64,000 bases of DNA, from positions 67,642,001 to 67,706,000 of the forward strand of contig OX597819.1 of NCBI GenBank assembly GCA_951406725.2, written 5' to 3'. Origin of the DNA: Octopus vulgaris. Taxonomy: Eukaryota. The translations under genes and the position numbers were made by a program. Positions 52,866 to 64,000 of this stretch are shown piece after piece (position 1 is the first letter of the stretch; every line of letters begins with the position of its first letter). Under the pieces are notes generated by a model. It did not search any database and was not told the origin of the DNA. It was given only the letters and a program-made list of their open reading frames with translations.

Positions 52866-54240
52866 GGATTGAAAGGATAGTCAGAAAGAAACTAATCGCA
52901 TTCCTTGAGGAAAATAACTTGCTGAGTGATATCCAGCATGGTTTTCGACCAGATAGGAGCTGCCTGACCCACCTCTTACAGCATTATGACTGGGTGTTGA
53001 GGCAGTTACTCAACAAATCAAATGTGGGCGTAATCTACCTTGATTTTGCAAAAGCTTTTGACAAGGTGGATCATGGTATGATATGCCACAAACTGCGTGA
53101 CCTCGGCATAGCTGGAAGACTTGGAGTGTGGTTACATGATTTCCTGAAAGATAGGAGTCAGGCAGTAGTGGTTAATGGAGCCACTTCTATGAACACACAA
53201 ATAGTGAGCGGTGTTCCACAGGGCACTGTCTTGGGACCACTGCTTTTTATAGTGGCCTTCTCAGATATGCCCTCAAATGCCCGGATAGCCACTCTGGCCA
53301 GCTATGCAGACGATACGAAAGTCTCGCAGAAAATACAGGACCCCAGCGATGTTGCACACCTGCAGCAGGAGTTGGACTCAATCTACATATGGGCTGAGGA
53401 TAATAATATGCAGTTTAATGCTGAAAACTTCCAGGCCCTGCGCTAACAGCATCCAAAACTGAATATTAAACCTACAGGATACACCGGTCCACAGGGAATT
53501 TCAATCCCAGAGCCTAAGTCTGTGAGGGACCTGGGTATCGACATGAGTGATGATACCTCTTTCCAAGTGCACATTACCAGGATGGCGACAAAGTGCAGAC
53601 GACTGGCTAGGTGGATCCTAAGAACATTCAGAACCAGTGATAAGGATTACTGCTCACAGCTATGGTCACCCACCAGTGTAAAATTAACAGCGGACCTTGA
53701 AGCAATCCAGAGAAGATTCACAAAGAAGATCGCCTCTTTGCAACAGCTCAGCTACTGGGAAAGGTTGAAACAGCTAAGACTACTCCCTGGAGAGAAGACG
53801 GGAGAGGTATGCAGTATTATATATCTGGAAGATCCTGGAAGGAATTGTGCCAAATTTTGGCATGGTAAGCTACACCAATGCTAGAACGGGACGACACTGC
53901 ATAGTGCCAAAGATCCCAGCAATGCCATCACGCTTCAAGACCAGCTTCTGCAATAGCCTGGGTTTCAAGAGCCCACAGCTTTTTAATATTCTCCCAAAGA
54001 GTCTGAGGTACTTGCACAATGTAGATGTAGCGGTTTTTAAATCAAAGCTGGACATCTTCCTGTCAAGAGTCCCAGATGACCCTACCTCACGGCAAGAGGT
54101 GCAAATGAGAGTAGCTATATCAAACTCCATTCTTCACCAAGTGCCACATATTAGAGGAGGTTCGTCGTAATAACAGTGTAGCACAAAACGGCGGTGCATC
54201 AGCATGGCCGCAGCTCTAAGCTGAAACTAGAAAAAAATAT
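52866..54240 (+). mobile_element. 5'-truncated CR1-group LINE (RT and 3' end), disabled
   Basis: QHGFRPDRSC, YLDFAKAFDKVDH, SGVPQGTVLGPLLF, YADDTK, WAEDNNMQFN, RDLGI, LEAIQRRFTK; stop at 53446 and later frameshifts. Confidence 0.9.
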
Positions 54241-54360
54241 ATATAGCGGTGGTACCCCAGCATGGCCGCGGCCTTCGGGCTAAAACATTTTTAAGGATTT
54301 AAGGATATATATATATATATTCATATACATATACATATGCATATGTATATATATAGTTAT

Positions 54361-54420
<60 letters not shown>

Positions 54421-54796
54421 GTATAGATATAGTTATATATATATATGTATATATAAGGATTGATGCAGAAGACGTAATGTAACTAGAAGATTTGTTTAAT
54501 ACAACAATCGTTTCAGTTTCTTTCTGCACTCCTTAAAACTGAGTGTGAGAAAATGTAATGACATCAGATGCAACGCACTGTGCAGGGAGCCACATCAGGT
54601 AACGTAACATGGTTCAAAAGTTATACAATTTACATTTCGTTTTTCCTCTTACTTATAAGTTTGTGGTCTGTTGCTAATAGTTTACACACATTTTGGTGAA
54701 GTGGGGAATATTGCGGAAAGGAAGTGGTTGATCAATAAAAATTTAATAGATACAAAAGAATTTAATGCAAATAGGGCTTGCGATTATATATGTGTG

Positions 54797-54831
<35 letters not shown>

Positions 54832-56169
54832 GTGCGCGCGTGTGTGTGTGTGTGTGTGCTTCTAAATATGTGATAGCCTGTGTGTCTGCTTGTTTTGTTT
54901 ATGTAAGAGTGTAAATAGATTCAAACATTTAATGGAAAATTCATTAACCTAAAAGAGACCAACTATGAATGCTGAATTCTGGCTGGAATGTTTTCAATGG
55001 TGAAAATAGTTGACTTCATATTTTTCAGATTTTCAGAATTTCAGATGCGCAATCGTTATATGCTGTTTACAAGCTATACAGAGAGAAAATCAATTTGCGC
55101 ATCACGTATTTGACACGTTATTCGCAAATCCATATATATTTTTTAATCATTCCCTTTAGAATTATTTGCAAGAAATTGTAGATTTTGTGTCAAGTATTCC
55201 TATGCTTTAACTACAGTGCGGAACGTCTCACTGAAATATCTATCTGAGTGAATCTATTCATCACAACCTTAGACTGAGAATTTAATATTAATTACAGGCA
55301 AATATATATCACTTGCTCTGTTTGTGCATTCTTCAGATATGTTACAAGCAATAGAAGATAAATAGTGAATACTTTTCTCGTTTTAGAGAGCATTCTGTAT
55401 TTGTTATTATAGCTATTAAATTATATAATATTTATCTAATTTCTATTTTAATGTGTGATACTGATACTTTCGTTTAGATAGATATTTATTTCATGAAAAA
55501 ATAATAGCATCTCTCTTTCAACGTTATCACTACTGCAATCTTACTGAGGTATTAACACCGAGAATATTTTGAAACTTTAATAGTATTAATTGTTATTGTT
55601 CAGCACAAAGCAAAAGATTGCAACTACTAAATATAATTTTAAAATATATAAATTTGAAAGCTGATATCTTTAGATGGTTGACTGATAATGATTGACATAC
55701 ATACTACGGTGTGTTTCAGAAAGATATGTTGATTGAAAGAGAAAAGAGTGTGAAGTTTTCCCACAAGTCTAAATGAAGAACTTGGTCTCAACAATCACCT
55801 GAATGACCTTGATTGTTTTTGCAAAATCAAGCATTTATATTTTTCAATAAATTTCATGACTAATATGATAATGACGATAGTAAGAATAATAGTAATAATG
55901 ACGAAAACTAACAATTATAATGAAAACGATGATGATGTAATGTATGAAAATTATGACGCCACTGATAATGCTGGTGCTGAAGATAGTAACACCATTATTT
56001 TCAATACGTTCGTGTTTGCCCACTGTCATATGTTAACAATAATGAAAGTGAAGCTTCCATAGAAACTATGAAACACACACTTTTATCGCTTTCTGTGGGA
56101 GGACGAGAAATAGTTTTACATTTCTCCCGATGCTTTTATTCTGTTGAGAGTTTTAATTTTGATGAGCAA

Positions 56170-56600
56170 CTGTTTGCTTACAGTCGCTGTTTTGGTCATA
56201 GAATATTACTACCTGAGCAACCCTGTAGACGAAAATGGTGCATATATTAGTGTATACCGACAACGTATGTATGATCAATGCAAAGAAAGAGGATTGTTTC
56301 AACTCACGGAACAGAGATTATGTGATCAAGCCAGAGCAATAAGAAAAAATCGTTGGTTCACAGAAGTAGAGCTCGAAGCTATAGAAAGATGGGTATTGGA
56401 GTATAGCAGTTGAGGAAACGATTAAAATACAGTTCTTAAAGATAAAAGTAATCTCCAAGCAGAAAACAGAGCGATATCTCTCACAAACCACAGTAAAGTA
56501 ACAGTGATAAATTCCTCGATTAAAAACATATGGGTGGTTTCGAAAAAGGCAATAAAGTTAATGGTAACATGACAGATGGGCAAAAGATTAGCAACTGTTT
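56170..56600 (+). mobile_element. N-terminal fragment of the R4/Dong-like family seen inverted at 49380-49750
   Basis: YYLSNPVDENG...YRQRMY...EQRLCDQARAIRKNRWFTEVELEAI. Confidence 0.75.
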
Positions 56601-56880
56601 GGTTACAGTCAGACGTTTCAGGGAAATTTTCTAAAATATGTTTTCGAAAGCCCAAAATGTTGAAACAGACTGTATGCATGTTGCAATGCACAAATAATTA
56701 ACAGTTACATCATTAGATGAGATATTTACACATCATTTGAATCCGTAGACTCATGTTTTTTTCTACTCGTAATTTACTGGGATTAAGGTGGAAGCATTAA
56801 TAATTTCTTTCTACGTACGTGTAAGAGGCGTGCCTCAGTTCGTGCCTTATCTATCTATCTATCTAGCGGCTGTCTAGATA

Positions 56881-56950
<70 letters not shown>

Positions 56951-57640
56951 GCTAGCTAGCTATCTGTCTATCTATCTATATATCTATAAATTTATCTACC
57001 TATCTACTAATATATATGTATATCTATTTATATTTCTATCTAGTTTTCTATCTATCTGTCTGCCTATCTACCGATCTATTTTCTATCTATCTATATATTT
57101 TTCTGTCTATTTATCTATCTATCTATTTATATATGTATCTACTTTGGGGGAGGAATGCATATGTTCCTCCCTGTGCCTGCATCTCCTACGTCCCTGCCGT
57201 AAGTCTTCACTTCCACACACGCCAGCTTAATTTAATTCGTCCTTAGTCGAAATACTGCTGTTGTTAATGTCATGTAATTTGCATTTGTATTCGTGTAGCA
57301 TTTCTCCATTTGTTTCCCGTCCTATTTTTCGAATACATTCGCTGCGTTCTTCTAAGGAATCTAGTGCTCCTAGCTTAGTTTTCCTTTGAAGCTGGCGAAT
57401 ATTGAAGCAATTTCGGGAATAACAAACCGAAATTGCAAAGATTATCTGGAACTCGACTGAGAAAGAAAACTGCGAATGACCTGTCCTTTTTTCTTGTTCC
57501 TTTTTTGTATCATCTGTCTGGATGCTTTTTTGTCCCTTTTATGTATCATTTGACTGCATGTTTTGCGTTCGTGTCCCGTACTTTGTATTCCTTTTTATAT
57601 CCATATGACACCGTACGTACATTTTGGTCTCTTATATACA

Positions 57641-57832
<192 letters not shown>

Positions 57833-58088
57833 AATAATATATAGTTTATTGACTAATTTTTTGTGCTTGGCCACTGGTAATAATAATTTCTATAATACTT
57901 ATTACCCTAATATTATGTATTATGTTTGATGTATATATATATATACATATCAAACTAAAGTTATTGAACAATAACTAAAGTTCAATAACTTTAGTTTGAT
58001 ATTTTTGTCTCTTTCAATAGAGCACTTCTATAGCAGTCCTATTAATCTTTTTGTTCCTGACAAGAAACAATCACTGTATTATTGATAT

Positions 58089-58154
<66 letters not shown>

Positions 58155-58220
58155 CAATATACATACATATATATATATATATATATACGTATATAAATAT
58201 ATGCATATATATATATATGC

Positions 58221-58329
<109 letters not shown>

Positions 58330-58579
58330 AGTACCCGTGTGTATGTATTTATGTACATATGTATGTGAGTTTGTATAACTGGGACGTATATAATTTCATA
58401 CAAACATATGTAGATAAATAATTATTGATATAGAGATAGCTATATACATGCATGTAATCAACGTGGATTTTTACTTTTCTCTCAGTTGGAATAGAATGTG
58501 ATAAACATTATTTCACAAACATTTCATTTAAACGTACAAATATTGAACACTTTAGTTACTATGCTACACATACCACCTG

Positions 58580-59645
58580 ATGGCGATTCACAAATCCCCG
58601 ATACAGAACAGTTGCCTGATAACCAATCGCACAAATATTTCTACAAATCTTTGCAATACGATATGTTTCCGTAGCGCTGTTGATATTTGGAACTTTCGTT
58701 AACTTAGCTGTTATTGCAATAGTTTACAGGAAAGGAATGTGTCAGTTTAAAGTTGCGCCATATCTGATTTTTTTAGGCTCTGTAGGTGTTATGTCGCACG
58801 TTCGGATGCCTGCTACTAAACTCTTCTCTCCTCTGCTCCTAGCTGTTCTCTGATAACATCTAGATTTCTCCCTCTATATCTACGTATTGGGGTAGCCTAC
58901 TTCATCGTCTAGGGTCGTCTACACAATAGTAGGTTTGTGCATAATCTGGATAGGTTTCCCCAAGATATGTATATTAAACGTCTATTTTTCAGAACGTGAC
59001 TGAATATATTGTTGACAGAATTGCTTTCTCTCTTGACATGTATTCCTCAAGGTTAATGGTAGTTATATCGCTTGAACGTTTTATAGCAATTTATACTCCG
59101 TTTTCGCAGCAGCATTTCACTAATACTTACAAACCATACGATTTTATGTTTGTTCTCCTGATTTCTATTTCTATAGCGCACATATTAATTGCACTACTGG
59201 AAAAGAATACAGAGCATAATTTTCGCCTTGAATTGATAATTTATTCATTTTTACCAGCATGGATTTTAATTGCCAGTTCTTTCGCCTTCATTCGTAAGTT
59301 ACTTCAACAATCAAATCTTGGCCAACACTCTCCAAGCAACCTCTCAGCACGAAGGATGACCACAGCGTTGTAATTGTGTAATTGCTGTCAATATTTTATT
59401 TCTTCTGACAACATTCCCTTTTTCAAATTATTTAATTGTATTTTCGAACAGAAAAAGAGAATTTCACAAACAATTCGACACCTTTATTCTGTTGAGTGCT
59501 TTGGCGCTGATAATCAACTACTTCAACTCTATTTATTATATGACTACAAGCAGAGCGTTTAGAGAAAATTTTTTTAAAAGCATGCTTTCGAAGACCCCCC
59601 AGTGATAAGACAGACACTCTATATATTGAATGAAAGAAGTAATTA
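58580..59645 (+). pseudogene. Near full-length GPCR pseudogene with 142-bp insertion and frameshifts
   Basis: GTFVNLAVI, ISLERFIAIYTP, YSFLP, VNILFLLTTFP, NYFNSIYYMTTSRAFR; ends agaagtaattaa like the 35055 gene. Confidence 0.88.
58787..58928. mobile_element. 142-bp solo-LTR-like insertion with 5-bp TSD (gtagg)
   Basis: gtagg at 58782-58786 and 58929-58933; ends tgtt...aata; removal restores GSVGLCIIWIG. Confidence 0.7.
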
Positions 59646-62075
59646 ATATATATTCCGTTCCAAAAGGTCAGTAGTTACTTGCACAATATTTGCATCTACT
59701 GATGAAAATATATTTATATGTATGCACAGATATGTATTTGCGAAGATGTGTAATTGCTTGCAAAACCCTTTATGTTAACTGTCAATGTATGAATGTACGT
59801 GCGTGCGTATGTATGTATGAGTGTATGTATGTATGTATGAGTGTATGTATGTATGTATGTATGCATGTATGCATTATGCATAAGTATCTATGTTTGCGTC
59901 ATCCAAGTAATTGGATGACGTAGTGATTCACTAATGTGTATATATAAAATTAAGATGAAGAACGATTTGCAATATTTCACCTAAAAGGAAAATTACATAT
60001 GATACTAAATGCGACAAGGGTGTTAGAAAATATGTACATGCTAGAAATAAGAGCTAAAAATCTCAAATGCTGTAGCTAGCACACATGAATGGAAACACGA
60101 ACAATTAGGCACCTCTTAGTTGCTTTTGTGTGTGTGTGTGTGTGTGAGTGTGCGTGTGTGGTCTGTGTGTGTGTGTGTGTGTGTGTATGTATATATATAT
60201 TAGGCATTATGGAAAACATTTTTTTGCACGCACTAGACGTAGCCCGAACGCTAGAAATATCTTTCATATCAAGTTTTCTGATCTAAATATAATCTATGAG
60301 ATGCCAGTGCTTAGATCTTGGGTACATCCAGGGGAATGTACGAAGGGATGCTTAAATATTCCTGGCTTTCGGTACAAGAATATACAGGTGTATCAGTTAA
60401 TTATAATTTCGTTCAGCATATTCTCCTCTCAGGTTCACTCAGTTATTGCATCGGTCCTTTTGTTTTTTTCTAGACCCTGTTAAAGAATTCGGAAAAAAAA
60501 CTCCACCCACGTAATGTATAAAGCAATTCTAATTCGCAAGCAGGAGAGGATTGTACAGTCGAATGAATGCAGCTGTAAATCCATTGCTCCAATTAATTTA
60601 TTTCAACTAACAAAGATCAAGAGAGAGTTTCAGAAGCGTATCCAGTTCAAGTTATAAAGAGAGAAAAATATTGCGTACCGGGCATTTAAGTGTAATAGTT
60701 CTAAATTAATTATTATTATTCAAAGATTTCTCTATAAGATTATTTGCAAGAAATCTTAGATTACATGTCTAAACTGCAATCTCTTCGTGTGCATAGTCTC
60801 TCGCTTTGAAAATAACGGCATATTTCTTGGTTTCATGAGTTCATAGATTTTATATATTTATAGTTGGCAGAATTACGATGGAGCTGTGAGGTATACATTC
60901 TGATGGAGGCAGAGAACGGATTGGGAGGCTTGATTCTTCACTAATTAGAGCAGTAGTAGTGGTGGTTACGTTAGTAATAGTAGAATCGGATGACAATAAA
61001 GATGATGTATTTCTTGTGATTATCTAAGTGAGTGGGGAATTTGAGCGACCTGACTGTAGAGAAGAGCTACGGACTGTGTTGTTTAATAGTATTGAGGAGT
61101 GACTGTGACTGCCGATCCCGCCGTTTAGATGTGGTACGTGCAGTAGAAGTAGAACATGATGGCAATGATAACGATGGGTCTTTTGAAGCATTCAGAGGAA
61201 ATGCAGAATGTGCATGGCTGGAGACTGAAGGGCTGTTGATTGTGGGTTTTGACAGGATATCAATTGTGCTCTAAGGGACCTGAGTAGTGACCTCGGCTGC
61301 TGGAAATGTTATTGTTGTTGTTGCCACTGCTGGTGTTGTCATCATTTATCTATTTTTGTCTTGTGATCTTGTTTGGAAAAGAAACCAAGCTGCAGGCAAC
61401 ATTTCTCAGATCAATTTTAGTCACTATTTTCTTTGTCTGTTATAGGTATTTAGGAGGTCGAGATTTTGATTAAGCACCCCTCCAAAACAATTTTAGGGGG
61501 TGTAAACGCACCATATATTCCCGAGCTATTGCACTTGGCGTATTTTAGTAAAACATATAGTATTCTATGCCTCATTGTTTCGAGAGATGTGAGTAGATAT
61601 ACATATTTCGTTTCACTTCTCTTAATATATGCTTTTCAATTCTCTTCGCACGTTTTATCCCATTATCTATCAGTGAAGATGTCTCCAGCTTAGTATGGTT
61701 TTTATTTCATGAAGTCAGTGGTACCTACAATTTTTATCAAACACTATTGTGTAAATCCTTCTCACTAAATTGAACGGGGTATTTTAATGTTTCGCCTGGC
61801 ATTAGCTGAATAGCAGGCACATTTTGGAGCACGTGGATTTATAATACGTAATGGTGTGAATTTGTTTCTTTTGTTTTATTTTCTTTTACTTGTTTCAGTC
61901 ATTTGACTGTGGCAATGATGGAGCACCGCATTTAAGTCGATTGAGCAAATCAACCCCAATTTTCTCTCTCCTGTATACCCATAAATTAAATATTAGTTTT
62001 TATACGACTAAATTTGAATATATGTCATATTTTCATGGTAATTATCGAGGTATCTACACACACATGCGTATGTGC

Positions 62076-62134
<59 letters not shown>

Positions 62135-62452
62135 TGTCTGTGTGTGCGTTTGTGTGTGTGTCTGTGTGTGTGTTTGTATGTGTGTCTGTGTCTGTGTATT
62201 TGTGTTTGTGTGTGCGTATGGGTGCTGGTGTACATATTTACTTGTCTATCACTTGGCGAATCTATCCATAAAATATAGCTACAGGCACTTGCCAAATATG
62301 GCACAACATGCCTCCAGTTTTGTTTTGTTTTGAAATGAATGTTTGTCATCACTCTCCAGAATAGTCGCACCAAAATATCAGCATAACTTTCTGAAAATAA
62401 CTAATGCCTAAAGGTGGTCTGGTTTCCGGATACAGAGTGCACAACCAGGCCC

Positions 62453-62616
62453 AGGATTGGCTGTGTGGTAAGTAGCTTACTTTCCCACCACATGGTTCTG
62501 GGTTCCGTCCCACTGCGTGGAATCTTTGGCAAGTGTCTTCTACTATAGCTGCGGGCCGACCACCGACCAACGCCTTGTAAGTGGATTTGGGAGTCGGAAA
62601 CTGAAGGAAGCCCGTC

Positions 62617-62618
<2 letters not shown>
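62453..62618 (+). mobile_element. 5' half of SINE family B
   Basis: ggattggctgtgtggtaagtagc...gggttccgtcccactgcgtgg...gaagcccgtcg. Confidence 0.8.
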
Positions 62619-62654
<36 letters not shown>

Positions 62655-62658
<4 letters not shown>

Positions 62659-63545
62659 ATATGTAGAAAAATACAACTGGGACAAGAACGTAAATTATTT
62701 AGAAGACGATACAAAAAACACGGACGGGACAATCGAAGCCTTCAATCTTCAGTCAAGAACCGGATCATCCTCGCAATTTCGGCTGATTAATCTTGAGATC
62801 GCTCCGATCCGGCCAGCCCCAAGGAAAAACTAAGCTACGAGCATTAGATTTCTTGGAAAAAGGATCGAATGTATACGAAACAAGGACAGAAAGACGGACG
62901 ATGCCACACGAATATAAATACGAAAAACAATAATAGTAATAACAGGACAAAAACAGCGGGTGTCTTACGACTATAGAGAGTACAACTTGGTTTAGCTGGC
63001 GTATTTGGAAAAAATGCCTTTTCGGCAGACGAAGTAAACGATGTTCTCGTGGCGCTGGTCAGAAGCCGAAAGGCTGGTTGACCAGCGGTCACGTGAGAGG
63101 AGAAGAGAGAGAAAGAAGGAATTAAAGAGGGGAGAAGAAAGAGAGCGTGCCAAGTATTGGCTTGGCGACAGAATCAGTGAGGTGCAAAGTGAGAAAGACA
63201 GAGAAATGTGAGAGAGAGTGGGAAGAGGAGACCAAAGAATTAGAGGCAAGAAAAGAGAAAAGGAGGAGGAGAAGTAGAGAGAGAGAGAGAGAGAGGGAGA
63301 GAGAGGGAGAGAAAGAGACAGATCAAAGTAGAGTGCAAAATGTGAAAGGCAGAGAAATGTAGGAGAGGAGACAGTGTTATAGAGTCGTACCAAATTTAAA
63401 GAAATATGTACTTACATACAAGGCCAAACAGGGTACGAGCGCCGCTATGTATATTATTATATGGAGAAAAATACAACTGGGACAAGAACGTAAAACATTT
63501 AGAAGACGATACAAAAACACGGACGGGACATTCGAAGCCTTCAAT

Positions 63546-63609
<64 letters not shown>

Positions 63610-63640
63610 ATTGAAGACTTCAATATGTCCCGTCCATGTT
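62655..63640 (-). mobile_element. Repeat family D: tandem copies and a small fold-back
   Basis: agaaaaatacaactgggacaagaacgtaaa at ~62665 and ~63465; gacgggacattcgaagccttcaatctta-(TA)n-taagattgaagacttcaatatgtcccgtc at 63522-63635. Confidence 0.65.
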
Positions 63641-63649
63641 TATATACAA

Positions 63650-63717
<68 letters not shown>

Positions 63718-63780
63718 TGATGGATAGATAGATAGACAGATAGATAGATAGATAGATACATACATACATACATACATACA

Positions 63781-63814
<34 letters not shown>

Positions 63815-64000
63815 CATACATACATACATTCAGATGGATATGGTACTTAAGTTGAGGCACCAGAATTTAGTATGGTATACATACTGTTTCAAATTAAGTG
63901 TGATTAAAATCAACATAAGCAACATGGATATCATTATTTACATTACTTACAATTAACGGATATTTGTCTTCATCTTGCTTGTTCTTAAAACAACTTTTCG

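Noticed and set aside
54500-54578. Possible minus-strand hammerhead (ctgatgt...gaaacgattg)
   Set aside because: Core and stem I are too degenerate to support a call.
60870-61330. Ser/Thr-rich minus-strand coding-like stretch
   Set aside because: Low complexity, interrupted, and no identifiable domain.

Overview
AT-rich, microsatellite-dense eukaryotic DNA. The tRNA-derived SINE families and repeat landscape are most consistent with an octopus/coleoid genome (inference). The host content is a same-strand tandem cluster of single-exon rhodopsin-class GPCR genes: two intact (14008-14976, 35055-35984) and at least four pseudogenes or fragments (~18.55, 32.7, 42.4, 58.6 kb). Both intact receptors lack the canonical TM3-ECL2 disulfide. 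The rest is transposable elements: (i) R4/Dong-type RLE non-LTR retrotransposons stacked in (AAT)n/(TTA)n microsatellites at 1-6.1 kb and 47.9-52.7 kb, with a ~540-bp non-coding passenger element; (ii) at least three Penelope-like elements (RT thumb and/or GIY-YIG), plus many short, often fold-back, (TA)n-embedded termini carrying type I hammerhead ribozyme folds, several with intact cores; (iii) a CR1-group LINE whose 3' end matches a SINE tail; (iv) mariner/Tc1 fossils and MITEs, Helitron-like non-autonomous elements and several SINE families. Most short ORFs in the track are microsatellite artefacts. Boundaries were read by eye and are approximate unless a motif is quoted.
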